Below, in pieces: positions 10,987 to 21,800 of a stretch of 64,000 bases of DNA. The DNA is from an uncultured virus (IMG/VR IMGVR_UViG_3300027963_000042). Lineage: Duplodnaviria; Heunggongvirae; Uroviricota; Caudoviricetes. A model generated the notes under the pieces. The model worked only from the letters and a program-made list of their open reading frames with translations, had not been told where the DNA came from and made no database searches. Numbering within the stretch: position 1 is the stretch's first letter; each line of letters starts with the position of its first letter. The position numbers were made by a program, and so were the translations under genes. Location of the stretch: positions 62,001 to 126,000 of the IMG/VR virus record IMGVR_UViG_3300027963_000042, one strand, 5' to 3'.

Positions 10987-13900
10987 TTAAAAATTAAGTG
11001 CTTTAACTCCGCTATCAAAATTAGGAGCTACTAAAGTGTCATTTTGATAAGATCCGCTGACCTGAACATCAAAAGAGAATGCGTCATCGTTTCTTATTTG
11101 TATATCTACACCTATTTTTTTAGTGTACGTTATATTGGATAAATTTCCTAGCTTTCTCCATCCTCCTATATAGCCCAATTTATCCACTGCTCTGAATTGG
11201 AATATCAACGGGATGTTTATAGCATTAGTTTCGCCTTCTCCCAGATACGTAACAGATAATGCTGTTGTCCCTGGAACTTGTAATGGGGTATTAGAAATTG
11301 GTCCAAGATAAAGATAAGCACCACACGAATATTTACCTATTAGATATTGATCATCAGATGAAAATCCTAATTTATTTGCATACATATTATCTTCTCGAGA
11401 AGCAGTTGCTCCAGTAGCAAAATCTATCGGTGTTCTTGATGCTTGCTGAACCCAATATTGGGATAAAGTTGTATCACCCCAGAATGTTTGAGTGTGGCGG
11501 AATGGTGAATAGCTTACTGAAGTTGAGCTAAAAGGTTTAACCATATCAGAGTAGTTAGTGAAAGAATATGCGCTACCAACTGAGATTAAATAAGGGTGAC
11601 TTGTATGAATACAGAATTCTGATAGGTATCCGCTTCCTAGAGGAGATCCTCCAGTCGTACCACTAAATGCGCCATTCCAAACAGCTGCTGCAGTTCCGCC
11701 AATTACCGTAGAATAGTTAGCATATAATGTAGGATCATAAGGGGTAAATATAGTTCCATTCTGAGGATAAGTTCCAGATAAACCAAAGTTAATCTGTGCA
11801 GAAGGCGAATCCCCATCATATGTATAAGATGAACTATATGAGTTAGTAAAATATTGACCCAAATCACCCACAGATGCATTATAATAAAGTACTTGATTAA
11901 ATCCGATATTTCTATATCTAGGATAAATGTATTGTGAGTATGCGCTGGAAGAAGCGTAAGGCGGAGCCTGTCTAAAATCAGTTGAGCTCTCAACATCATT
12001 AGTTACTAGACCTGTTAAAGATATAGGTCCATCACCATATCTTAGATTAGTATTATATCCTGAAGGAAAGGCAGAAGCTATTGAAGAAGGCGCTTGAATT
12101 TCTAATCCTCCAGGAATTATCGAAGCAAGTTCAACAGGGGAAGCTTGCTCGTTAAATAACTGGATGCTATAAGATATAGAAGCTATTTTACCTGCGTCTG
12201 TAGTGGTTGCACTAGTAAAGATCTCGTTATAAAATCCTGCATTAAGCTTGATTACAGATCCTTTAGAAACTTTTATCTTGTTATTGTTTGAATCTACGAG
12301 ATAAACCTGCAATACACCTTTAGCATTGCTTAATTCAGCTTTCATTAATGTTAACTGATTCTGAAGATCCGTTAGCTTATCGAATAGATTTAAAACAGTT
12401 CCTGAATTATTGTAGAATCCACTGGCAATACCTACTGCATTATGGTAATAAGTGTTATTTCCTGCCGTGTATTGCTCCGATAAATGCAAGTTAAGCCCCT
12501 GTGCATCCAATTGTGCTTGCATTCGAGTAACTGCAGAATCTTCTGTATTTCTTCTTAGTGCTACATCCACCCCGGTAATCGATAGGTTATCAGGAAAAGA
12601 AATTATAACGGTCTGAGAATAATCTGAGGTTAATGGGTTATCAGGCCAGCCTGCTTCAGAAATGGAAGCTATCTGTATTTCTACCTTTTCACCTTTCGTA
12701 ATAGCTAGATCTAATTGGTTAATGTTTTGCACATCAGAATTACCTGGATCTTCAGGTGCCCAAACATAAACACCTTTTTGAGGATCGTAAACTTTTTTTC
12801 TAATGTCAGTTTTATATTCCGTCCAGTTTGAGAAAGAAGCATTTTTCTTAGTACCGTCATTATCAAGAAATTCTATTTGATCATTAGGTTGCGCAGACCC
12901 ATTGTCGCTAAGATATCTATATCTAACTTTGAATTGGATAACTTGCTGAGCTCCCGTAGATGGACTAATTTGAGGAGAAGGGAATGCCCAAAATCCTCTA
13001 ACCCTATATTTAGGTTGCGTTACTATCTGGGGAACATCAACGCTCAAAGTATTAACCTCAGATACTAAAGATGCGTAAAGTTCTACCTTTTTAATTCTCT
13101 CCTGAATCAGTGAACTTAAGTTTGCTTTAACCGCCTGTACATTAACACCTATTGGTGTTGTTTTTTGTCCAACAACACTAACCGGTGTTATATTGGAACC
13201 TAAGATAGGACTAGAATTTACGTTTGTTAACTGTAAGGATCCTTCATTTATAGAAGAAAGCCCAGTATTTAATTGAATCTTAGATTGATTGATGGAATCA
13301 TCCAACTGATTTATCTCGCTCTTTAACGAAGACTTCATTGCTAGTTTATCATTAACAACTTTTATTGGAGTTGAATCTGTTATCTGCTTGTTTATCTGTA
13401 CTACTCTGAAGTTAGTCTGAGCAATAGTAGGAGCAGTCGGAACTAAACCTTCTATCGCATTGACTTTATTCTCTTTGGCAGCTCCTACAAAAATCTTACC
13501 CAAATCAGATACCTCAGTTAAATAATAGGTTTCGAGATTTACTATGGTACCGCTAGAATTTTTGGTTTGTAGTTCGTTGCTCCAAAATACTATTCCCGTC
13601 GACCAAACTGCTCCAACAATATTAAAGTTATCATCTATAGCTTTAAAGAAAATACCTTGTCTTTCGTTGTATCCAATATTAACTTGTGCATATCTAGGGC
13701 CAAAATCTATCGAAGATATAGAAAGTGTATCTGCACCTATCATGATTGGCTGATATCCAGAAACTCTTTTAGCTTGGATAGATGATTGATCCCTGTCAAC
13801 TGAAGTTACCTGATATTGTGTTCCGTCATTAGTAGAGATCTTATCTCCTACATTAAGTGATCTCCCATCAGTAAATGTACTAAGTGTGTCTGTATAAGTG

Positions 13901-14637
13901 AGATTATCTAATTTATAGTTTCTTCTTGTTTCCTGAAATTGGTTTCCTGCTGCATCAGTAACAGTAACTAAATCATCATAATAAGTCGTTACGCTAAATC
14001 CCCCTACAAATCTTATTGTTCTTAGCGGTAGCTGTTCGATCGATTCGTCTACAAAATAACCTATTCCATTATCGGTTAAATCCTGTATAAATTGATCATA
14101 AGAAAGGTCGTTTCTGCCCTTTAAACTAGTATCAAAATAGTTTTTTTGAGCATCTGTTGTAGTGTTAGCGATTATTCTCTTAACTACTATTCTATCCGCT
14201 GCATCAGGAACTTGTCCTGTTACGTTTACATTTATGTACAAAAGTGGGGTAAGAAAGCTTTCAAAAAACCAGTTGTCCTTAATATCAAATGTACTAGGTA
14301 CCTCTAAATTTGTTAATCTGGCTGGTTCTTTTAATGGTTCACTTTTATAAACCTGTGTGTATGTACCATCAGGATTTCTAACAGTTGCAGAAGATTCACT
14401 AATACCAGCTAAAGCTTGTATGTTATTATCAATTCTTTGGATTTCTCCTCTCAGAAATCCATAAGAAGGAATGTTTTGATTTTGGGGTAAACCCTGTTCG
14501 TCAAGGTATTCTATCGTAACAGTGTTATTAGTAGATACCGCAACCTCATTTAATCCATTTATGATTTCTAATGAATTTCTTTGGAGTCTCAGAAACTGAG
14601 CTACTAATGAACTTATTGAATTTTGTGTGCCTGCCAT
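10987..14637 (-). CDS. Virion structural protein with coiled-coil segments, 1216 aa
   Basis: Position in the tail operon; heptad stretches (LKSEINQLDDSINQSK; LFDKLTDLQNQLTLMKAEL) between beta-rich regions. Confidence 0.55.
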   Translation of the reverse strand: MAGTQNSISSLVAQFLRLQRNSLEIINGLNEVAVSTNNTVTIEYLDEQGLPQNQNIPSYGFLRGEIQRIDNNIQALAGISESSATVRNPDGTYTQVYKSEPLKEPARLTNLEVPSTFDIKDNWFFESFLTPLLYINVNVTGQVPDAADRIVVKRIIANTTTDAQKNYFDTSLKGRNDLSYDQFIQDLTDNGIGYFVDESIEQLPLRTIRFVGGFSVTTYYDDLVTVTDAAGNQFQETRRNYKLDNLTYTDTLSTFTDGRSLNVGDKISTNDGTQYQVTSVDRDQSSIQAKRVSGYQPIMIGADTLSISSIDFGPRYAQVNIGYNERQGIFFKAIDDNFNIVGAVWSTGIVFWSNELQTKNSSGTIVNLETYYLTEVSDLGKIFVGAAKENKVNAIEGLVPTAPTIAQTNFRVVQINKQITDSTPIKVVNDKLAMKSSLKSEINQLDDSINQSKIQLNTGLSSINEGSLQLTNVNSSPILGSNITPVSVVGQKTTPIGVNVQAVKANLSSLIQERIKKVELYASLVSEVNTLSVDVPQIVTQPKYRVRGFWAFPSPQISPSTGAQQVIQFKVRYRYLSDNGSAQPNDQIEFLDNDGTKKNASFSNWTEYKTDIRKKVYDPQKGVYVWAPEDPGNSDVQNINQLDLAITKGEKVEIQIASISEAGWPDNPLTSDYSQTVIISFPDNLSITGVDVALRRNTEDSAVTRMQAQLDAQGLNLHLSEQYTAGNNTYYHNAVGIASGFYNNSGTVLNLFDKLTDLQNQLTLMKAELSNAKGVLQVYLVDSNNNKIKVSKGSVIKLNAGFYNEIFTSATTTDAGKIASISYSIQLFNEQASPVELASIIPGGLEIQAPSSIASAFPSGYNTNLRYGDGPISLTGLVTNDVESSTDFRQAPPYASSSAYSQYIYPRYRNIGFNQVLYYNASVGDLGQYFTNSYSSSYTYDGDSPSAQINFGLSGTYPQNGTIFTPYDPTLYANYSTVIGGTAAAVWNGAFSGTTGGSPLGSGYLSEFCIHTSHPYLISVGSAYSFTNYSDMVKPFSSTSVSYSPFRHTQTFWGDTTLSQYWVQQASRTPIDFATGATASREDNMYANKLGFSSDDQYLIGKYSCGAYLYLGPISNTPLQVPGTTALSVTYLGEGETNAINIPLIFQFRAVDKLGYIGGWRKLGNLSNITYTKKIGVDIQIRNDDAFSFDVQVSGSYQNDTLVAPNFDSGVKALNF

Positions 14638-14650
14638 TTAATTTTTAATA

Positions 14651-16855
14651 TTATTGGTTGTTAGTTAAACTTTTTCCTACTATATCTACTTGAAATTTTA
14701 AATTCTTCTCGTCGATACAAACAATTTCGAAAACTGGCATATAATCATACCCTGAAAATGAGCTATCGTCAAGAGAAATTATCAACGTAGAATAACTAAC
14801 TCCTGAAGGATTGCTTAATGGATATAATCCATCTGCATTTGTTAATATATTTATAATAAAGCCTCCTGGATATACCTGATCTCCAAAAGATATTCTAAAT
14901 CTTTGCCCAGATTTCCATCTAGCATTAGTACTGTCTTTTAATCTTATTGTTAAATCACCAGTTAGAGTTAAGGGTACACCATTATTAACATGCTTAAAGT
15001 AGTTTGAATAAGATACCAAAGGAATCTCATTTAATCCGCTTTGTGTTAATGTACCTTTACTTTGTGTGTCGGATATATTAAAATCCTGAACTGCATTTAT
15101 TACGGAAAGCTGATTGGGTATACTTCTATCTACGATAATACCTGGACCCTGCTTAACTAGGTTAAGATCATATGATATTTCAACGCTAGTTTGATTATTT
15201 AATATAGCCCTTACTAAATCATAATTCTGATCAATAAGTCCCATTATAGACTGCGTATTGTTAAATAGAGCCTGGTTTGCAGCTAATGTTTGTTCTATAT
15301 TTCCTATCCTTATATCCATATTAATAGACGTAGGACTGCTTAGCGTTACGTTCTCCAAGTTAGTCACCCTATTGCTTAACTCTATGAAATCAGAAGAAGC
15401 GTTATTCAATGTTGAACTCGCATCCTGTAAAACATTCATAGCATCCATAAACATAGAAAGGGAGAAAGGAGAATAGTCATTAATTGCCTGCTCTACTCCA
15501 GTCTGATCGACGTCGGTATCAAATTTAAGATTAATCTTAAATCCGTATGAGTTGCCGTTTAATTTTGTTACTGGATTAGGTCTATATTTCTTTAATCTAG
15601 GAATATAAATGTCCCCACCTTCACTATTTACATCATCTAAGAATAAGACACCATATAGGTTTGTAGCTGACGTAGCAGGATTTGCCGGATCATATACATC
15701 ATAATAGATTAATACTGCGTTAAACTCAAAATCTGCTGCGTCTGCGGTGGCGTTAAACTCCTCCAATGTAGAAATACTGGAGTTGGTTAATATCTCCTGA
15801 TATGAGTTTGGATCAAAATCAATACCGATCGAATCCAATTTGCTCCTGGTGTAAACTAGGGTGTTAGAATTATCAGTCTTGGTAAGAATATAGTTAGATG
15901 GATCTGTAAAAATGTTTTCTGAAAAATAAGTGTTTGCAGTGTCTCTTGGCGAATACCAATTACCAGCTATCGAAGATCCATTTACTCCGGTATCATAATA
16001 ACTAGCAGTAGGTGAACCTAAAACATCATCATCAAAAATTGCTAATGTTGTTAATCCACTAGGATTTGTTTCATCGTAATTTCTACTAAATAGATATTCA
16101 TCATTTAAAGGATTACTTGGGTTATTAGTCCATTGATAATCTGGATAGTAATTTTTATCGGTTACGTTCTTAAATAAGACATAGGGTGTATTTCCGTCCT
16201 TAGTAGGAATATAAACATAAACTTCTGAATATGCGTTGGTCGAATTCTTTACAGAGTTAACAATATCTAGATTACCCACATACTGAACAACCCTATTATA
16301 TGGTGCTCCGGTCATTCCGTAAGCTCCTGTAGTTCCGTAAGGTGCATCGCCTTCAACGTATCTTTTTTGAGTTATAGGAACGTCATTGACAATCGTAACA
16401 GTATTCTGATCTAACGCAGGGGAAACCTCAGTCGAATCAGCTGCTGAATATCTGATTGCTCCTATTTCTTTTAGCCATTTAAAAAATATTCTTTCCGAAA
16501 TATTTTGCTTTAATGAAGAATCGTATTGATCGTCACCTGTTATGGTAGACTCTATGTTTAAACAATAACTCTGAAAACTTTGAGAGAAATCTATATTTGC
16601 ATCGCCAGTTATAATTTGCTGAGTGCTATTAGCCCAATCGAGAAATGCGCTATCAGGACCATTCAATCTCACATAGTTGGTTTGGGTAGACGCACTGTTA
16701 TCTATATCAGGTATGTTCAATAAGGCAAACTTGGAAAATCTGAATTTACTATCTGAATTATTGAACGTAAATGAAAGATCCTCAGCAGATGAAGAAAAGG
16801 TGTAGAATGTCCCGCCTTGTATTTGTAAAGGTCTTATAAATGGTGTCTTTGCCAT
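14651..16855 (-). CDS. Virion structural protein, 734 aa
   Basis: Acidic, beta-rich, with a central coiled coil (LSNRVTNLE); co-oriented in the tail operon. Confidence 0.55.
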   Translation of the reverse strand: MAKTPFIRPLQIQGGTFYTFSSSAEDLSFTFNNSDSKFRFSKFALLNIPDIDNSASTQTNYVRLNGPDSAFLDWANSTQQIITGDANIDFSQSFQSYCLNIESTITGDDQYDSSLKQNISERIFFKWLKEIGAIRYSAADSTEVSPALDQNTVTIVNDVPITQKRYVEGDAPYGTTGAYGMTGAPYNRVVQYVGNLDIVNSVKNSTNAYSEVYVYIPTKDGNTPYVLFKNVTDKNYYPDYQWTNNPSNPLNDEYLFSRNYDETNPSGLTTLAIFDDDVLGSPTASYYDTGVNGSSIAGNWYSPRDTANTYFSENIFTDPSNYILTKTDNSNTLVYTRSKLDSIGIDFDPNSYQEILTNSSISTLEEFNATADAADFEFNAVLIYYDVYDPANPATSATNLYGVLFLDDVNSEGGDIYIPRLKKYRPNPVTKLNGNSYGFKINLKFDTDVDQTGVEQAINDYSPFSLSMFMDAMNVLQDASSTLNNASSDFIELSNRVTNLENVTLSSPTSINMDIRIGNIEQTLAANQALFNNTQSIMGLIDQNYDLVRAILNNQTSVEISYDLNLVKQGPGIIVDRSIPNQLSVINAVQDFNISDTQSKGTLTQSGLNEIPLVSYSNYFKHVNNGVPLTLTGDLTIRLKDSTNARWKSGQRFRISFGDQVYPGGFIINILTNADGLYPLSNPSGVSYSTLIISLDDSSFSGYDYMPVFEIVCIDEKNLKFQVDIVGKSLTNNQ

Positions 16856-16879
16856 TAAATTTATTTTATTTTTATTCTA

Positions 16880-17794
16880 TTAAACCGTTACGTTAGTAGA
16901 TGATAAAACGATCCAAGAACCATTTTGAGTTGCTTGCCCCTGTCCAACTCTTGTTTCCCATTGTAGGGTTATCGATGAACGGTAGGACTTACTAGCAGTT
17001 ACCGTTATACCAGATGAAGAATATCCCCCATAGTTTGCACTGGTATTAAATCCAGTATAGTAGCTTGACGATGTACCGGTTATCCCAGTGTAAATATACC
17101 CAGTTGCTGCTGATGTATTAATGATAGTTACCCTAGTTCCTTGAGGAATATTAGGTAGTGTTCCACCTACAGCTGATGTGCCATTAACAACTTTTATATA
17201 GAATCCAGTTGGACCGCAGTTTGCGTAGATAACATCTTCTAAACCAGTTATAGCATAAGGTGAGTTTACCGATGTTACATATCCGCCACCACCAATTCCT
17301 GATGCGTTTGATGCAAATGCTGAACCTGCTGTTAATCCTGTTTTATAAGTGGTGTTTGAACTTATAATATGTCCCTGAGTACCTAATTGAAATGCTCCAT
17401 TAGCACTTAGTCTTCCGTTGAAGCTAGAGGTTCCACCTGCTACGAAAATAGAGGATGTTCCTAAAGTTATTGTTCCGTTAAGAACTACCGCTCCTGAAGC
17501 TGTTACGTCTGTTGATTGTAAGCTTACGAACGAAGCTTGACCTAGATTATTTACTGATGCTGTGGGTGCTCCCGTGGAAGGAACTGATAAAGCATCAAAT
17601 GATCCGATTTTTGCCTGAACCTTACCAGTTGAGGCTCCGCTAAGATCTAATATACCATTTACCGTGTCTATACCGAAAACTGTAATGTATCCGTTTATCC
17701 AGTTCTGTAAGATTAGAAAGTTGGAGTTAATTGTTACTCTTGAGCCTGATATAGAATCAGTGCCTAAAATTTCTGTAATGTTTACTGTTGCCAT
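16880..17794 (-). CDS. Short fibre/spike-like virion protein
   Basis: N-terminal ILGTDSISGSRVTINSNF resembles the fibre N-termini; G/S/T-rich body. Confidence 0.6.
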   Translation of the reverse strand: MATVNITEILGTDSISGSRVTINSNFLILQNWINGYITVFGIDTVNGILDLSGASTGKVQAKIGSFDALSVPSTGAPTASVNNLGQASFVSLQSTDVTASGAVVLNGTITLGTSSIFVAGGTSSFNGRLSANGAFQLGTQGHIISSNTTYKTGLTAGSAFASNASGIGGGGYVTSVNSPYAITGLEDVIYANCGPTGFYIKVVNGTSAVGGTLPNIPQGTRVTIINTSAATGYIYTGITGTSSSYYTGFNTSANYGGYSSSGITVTASKSYRSSITLQWETRVGQGQATQNGSWIVLSSTNVTV

Positions 17795-17822
17795 TTTATT
17801 GTTTTATTTCTTTTTGAAGTGA

Positions 17823-17832
17823 AATATATATC
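17823..17832. promoter_or_regulatory. Overlapping divergent late-type promoters (GATATATA on -, AATATATA on +)
   Basis: AATATATATC lies 30 nt from the minus-strand start at 17794 and 25 nt from a plus-strand ATG at 17856. Confidence 0.55.
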
Positions 17833-17855
17833 TACGTCTCAGACAACACTTAAAT

Positions 17856-18023
17856 ATGGCAATACATAAAAACGAACTTACCATAATGGACACCAAAGAC
17901 ATATCTTTAAGTCCAAAACCAGTGATTTATTTCCCTAAAACACTAAAAAATTCTGACAATTTTACTAGCATCAAAAAAACCACTCCGATTGGGAGAAATC
18001 TGTGTGGTTACACAAAAAAATAA
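17856..18023 (+). CDS. Small basic ORF (55 aa) upstream of phoH
   Basis: MAIHKNELTIMDTKDISLSPKPVIYFPKTLKNSDNFTSIKKTTPIGRNLCGYTKK*; fills the intergenic gap and ends 12 nt before phoH; below the ORF-track cut-off. Confidence 0.4.
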   Translation: MAIHKNELTIMDTKDISLSPKPVIYFPKTLKNSDNFTSIKKTTPIGRNLCGYTKK

Positions 18024-18035
18024 ATATAATATAAT

Positions 18036-18803
18036 ATGGCTAACAGAAAAAAAAGAATTACCGACGAAGAATTTTATGAGGATTTTCCTCCTGGATATCA
18101 ATCTCCTAATGCATCTAGATTCGATTTGCAAAAATTAAAGGTTGACTTTAAATTTAAAAACGAGAATCAAAAAAATCTCTCAAATCTTATAAATGACAAT
18201 AAGATCACTATCGTAGCTGGCCCAGCGGGAACTGGTAAAACCTATCTAGCATGTGCTCAAGCTCTAAAGCTCATGAAGAACGATACTAGATTTAAGAAAA
18301 TAATACTAGTAAAAAGTGTAACCGTTTTAGAAGGGGAAGAGGTAGGATTCCTTAAAGGTGACCTTAAAGAAAAAATGTTACCCTTTACAATATCTTTCCT
18401 TGATAACTTTCATAAAGTTATTGGAGAGGGGTTAACCCAAATTATGTTGGATCAGGGTTATATCGAGGTATTACCTTTAGCTTTTATTAGGGGTAGATCT
18501 ATAGACAACGCAATTATAATAGTAGACGAAGCCCAGAATATAACTCAGAAAAATATGAGATCTACTATGACTAGAATAGGTACGGACACTAAGATGATTA
18601 TTACCGGTGACACCAAACAGATAGACATGAAAAATCCAAAGCTATCGTCTCTTGATTTAGTGGTTAAGATATTTCAAAATAAGGATAATATCGGAACAAT
18701 GCACTTTGGTGTTAATGATATAGTTAGGGATCCAATAGTAAAACTTATAGAGGAAACATTCGATGAATGGGAAGAAAAAAATTCAAAGCCAAATAAGGGA
18801 TAA
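18036..18803 (+). CDS. phoH: PhoH-family ATPase
   Basis: GPAGTGKT Walker A, GFLKGDLKEK, LAFIRGRSI, IIVDEAQN, ITGDTKQID and DIVRDPIV are the PhoH signature motifs. Confidence 0.95.
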   Translation: MANRKKRITDEEFYEDFPPGYQSPNASRFDLQKLKVDFKFKNENQKNLSNLINDNKITIVAGPAGTGKTYLACAQALKLMKNDTRFKKIILVKSVTVLEGEEVGFLKGDLKEKMLPFTISFLDNFHKVIGEGLTQIMLDQGYIEVLPLAFIRGRSIDNAIIIVDEAQNITQKNMRSTMTRIGTDTKMIITGDTKQIDMKNPKLSSLDLVVKIFQNKDNIGTMHFGVNDIVRDPIVKLIEETFDEWEEKNSKPNKG

Positions 18804-18812
18804 TCCGAAGAT

Positions 18813-21800
18813 TTATTCCCTATTGAATGTTGAATCTGGGTTATTTGGAATAACTATAGCAGATCCAAATTGTCCTTTATTAGCTTGTAATATTTCCATT
18901 TCCTGATACATTAGATCCTTACCTAATCTCATTGCTTGATAATCCCTTGCAAGGAAAGGTGGATTAGGATATCCATAATCGCTGGAGTCAACAAAATCAG
19001 GTCTAGTGTCATCCGGTCTTTTATCCTTGTGATCTATTACTTTTATGAATCCTGGCTTAGAAACCTCGTAGATGTTTCCTGCAGAATCTTCTACCTGATT
19101 GTATATCGTATAATATCCAGCATCTACAAAAGTGTAGATAAAGTATGGACTGCCCTTTATGTTAAGAAGCTCGTCTTTTGTTTCGGAGTTGCTTAGTATC
19201 CACTTATTGTTTTTCTTACCGTAAATATTAGAAGCATAGTTATTAAAAACCACGGTGGATAATAACGGAATCTCCATATAGTTATCTGTCGAATGAACAT
19301 CGCACCAAGTCCAAGCTCCTGACCCAGGCCTAGAAATAATATTTCCCAGATTTATACCTAACTCAGGATAGTATTGTTCAGACAGGGTAGAAAATCCTCC
19401 TGTTGAACCAAATGATATGAAACTTCCGGTACCCCCAGTAGAGCCACTAGTATTAACTCCGAAAATAAATACGTTTGAAGAAGTATCCTTAGAGAATGTT
19501 AGGTCGCCTTCAAAAGTACCTAAATTTTGTAGATCTAAATTTTTATTAGCATTATTCGTCTTGAGCAGTGCGACACTATATCCTGTTAATCCTGGTGTGT
19601 TTATTTGATATGATGTAAAAAATTGGGATTCGTTGATTTTATCAAAAGCTAAAAAGCCCATATCCCTATCAAGAACGCCAGTAGAATTATATGAAATATC
19701 TCTTAATGTTCCTTGATCAGTTATTTCAGCTGTGTATAAATAGTTCTGTCCTGTAGAGCCCAATACTATTTGGCTTCCAAAATAAGTACCGGTTACACCC
19801 TGACCATAGTCTCCCATAATGGTATTAACATAATAACCAGAATTATCCTTAGCTGTAATTATTTTCTTAATGCCGTTATAAGAGGAAGTACCGCCTATAT
19901 CTACGATTCCTCCAGTTATCCCGTTAGCTGTGGGACCTGAAATTATATAGAATGGATAATTTTTAGAAGCTGATGGGGATGGATGCAGAATATTAAGCCC
20001 CATCATATTAAAAGTACCCGATGATTGTCCAGTTATAATAAATCCATTTTCGTTATTTGACGATTTTATATCTTCTATAGAAAATCCACCAGTTGAACCC
20101 GAAGTGCTTTTTATTTCAACTAAATCTAGATTATCTGAATCAAGTTTAATATATGCACCAAATTCATTAGAAGCAAGGTCTCCAATATAATAAGGAACCG
20201 TCGATATATCTCCCGTTCTATCCCATTCATTTTTTAAAGAGCTGAAAATGACAGGGGTGTTTGATGTGTGGGTAATCGCAAGATTCACATGATACCTAGA
20301 AGAATCTATTTTAGTGCTTACCGTCCCACCGGGATAAGGTAATGCTACGGTTGAAACGGGAGGGAAATATCTAAACGAATTAATTCTATATTTTTTTCTT
20401 ACGTTGCTTTCATAATCACCGGTAACCCCGTTTATATCGGTAAATGTAGAGGAACTTCCTAGATCTCTTCCTATTTTAACCACGTACGCTGCATTTGAAT
20501 CAGTCTTTGATCCAGCATTATCTATAGTGTATGGATAAACGGAAGGAGTCCGTTGGCCAACTTGAATAGTAATAGATGTTCCGTTTGTATATGGAAATGC
20601 TGCTGTTGCCCCGCTCTGATAAGTTGTACGTATTCCGAATGAATTTGTATCCCTATAAATCTGATCTATTCTATAGTAAGCAGTGTTACCGCCCTGTACG
20701 ATTATCAAACTTTGTCCAGTCAGTCTGTTGTTAATAGATGAAAATTCATTGCCTCCTACTCCGTTTATAAAACTAAGATAGACCAAATTTACATTATCGT
20801 AGCTACCCCCCGTTCCTGCGGAGAATCCGGTAAACCCAAAGTCACAGTAAGTGTTTGCAACCGAATCACCGCTACCTACTGAAACACTCCATGGGCTATT
20901 TATGACCACCGTGCCAAATGAGGGTACACCTATCCCAGGATATGTCCCTGCAGTAGCACCGGGAACATTAGGATTGGTAATACCCACCGGTGCCCCAGTT
21001 GCACCCCCCGTTGTAATTGGAAATCCGTATGCCCCCCAGACAAATTCGCCAACCTCAATAAATCTATTAAAAGTACCGGAAGCATATAAATATAATCCAT
21101 CCTCGCTTGAGCAAAGACTTTGAACTTCGGTGCTAAATCCTTTAAATGGAAGTATCGATTCGACATTACCTCTCTCTGAATAAGAAACTATAAACCCGGT
21201 TTTTCCGTTATTAACTGAATTATAAGTTGATAGTGTGCCTGAATTTAAACTAGGTCCATAGTCAGATAATATTGCTGGGGTATTGTCCGCATAATATCCA
21301 AACTGGATCGAATAATTTCCGGTATAAATATCGGGCTGAATATAGCCTCCAACATAATATTTCTTCTCCCCTAGAAAAGTCTGTGTTGCTGAAGATGTTA
21401 CTCTAAACATTCCTATGTTACCTGATGCTCCTGAAATATACGAAATAGATTTCTCCCATTCGGAAGCTTGTATAGATTCGGAAATCTGATCTTGCTCAAA
21501 AGAAGGCAAAGCCCAATTGTTCCAATATGGTTGTTTACCTGCTCTACCATCAGCTATATCACTTAATTTTGTGGTCAGAAATAAATTACGGGGATCCAGC
21601 CCAGGGTGCTTATATTCAAGGAAAGAGCTATCATAAACCATCCACTCCGGATAAGTCCATGTGTATTTATTTACTTTAGGTAAAGGTGAACCCCCGCCAG
21701 TGGCAGTATGGTAAGTGAAATTCCATCCCGTTGCTCCTGCATATTTAGAAGATCCATAAACGTGGGGCAAATCATAAGCGAAAAGCGAAAGTTGATTATA

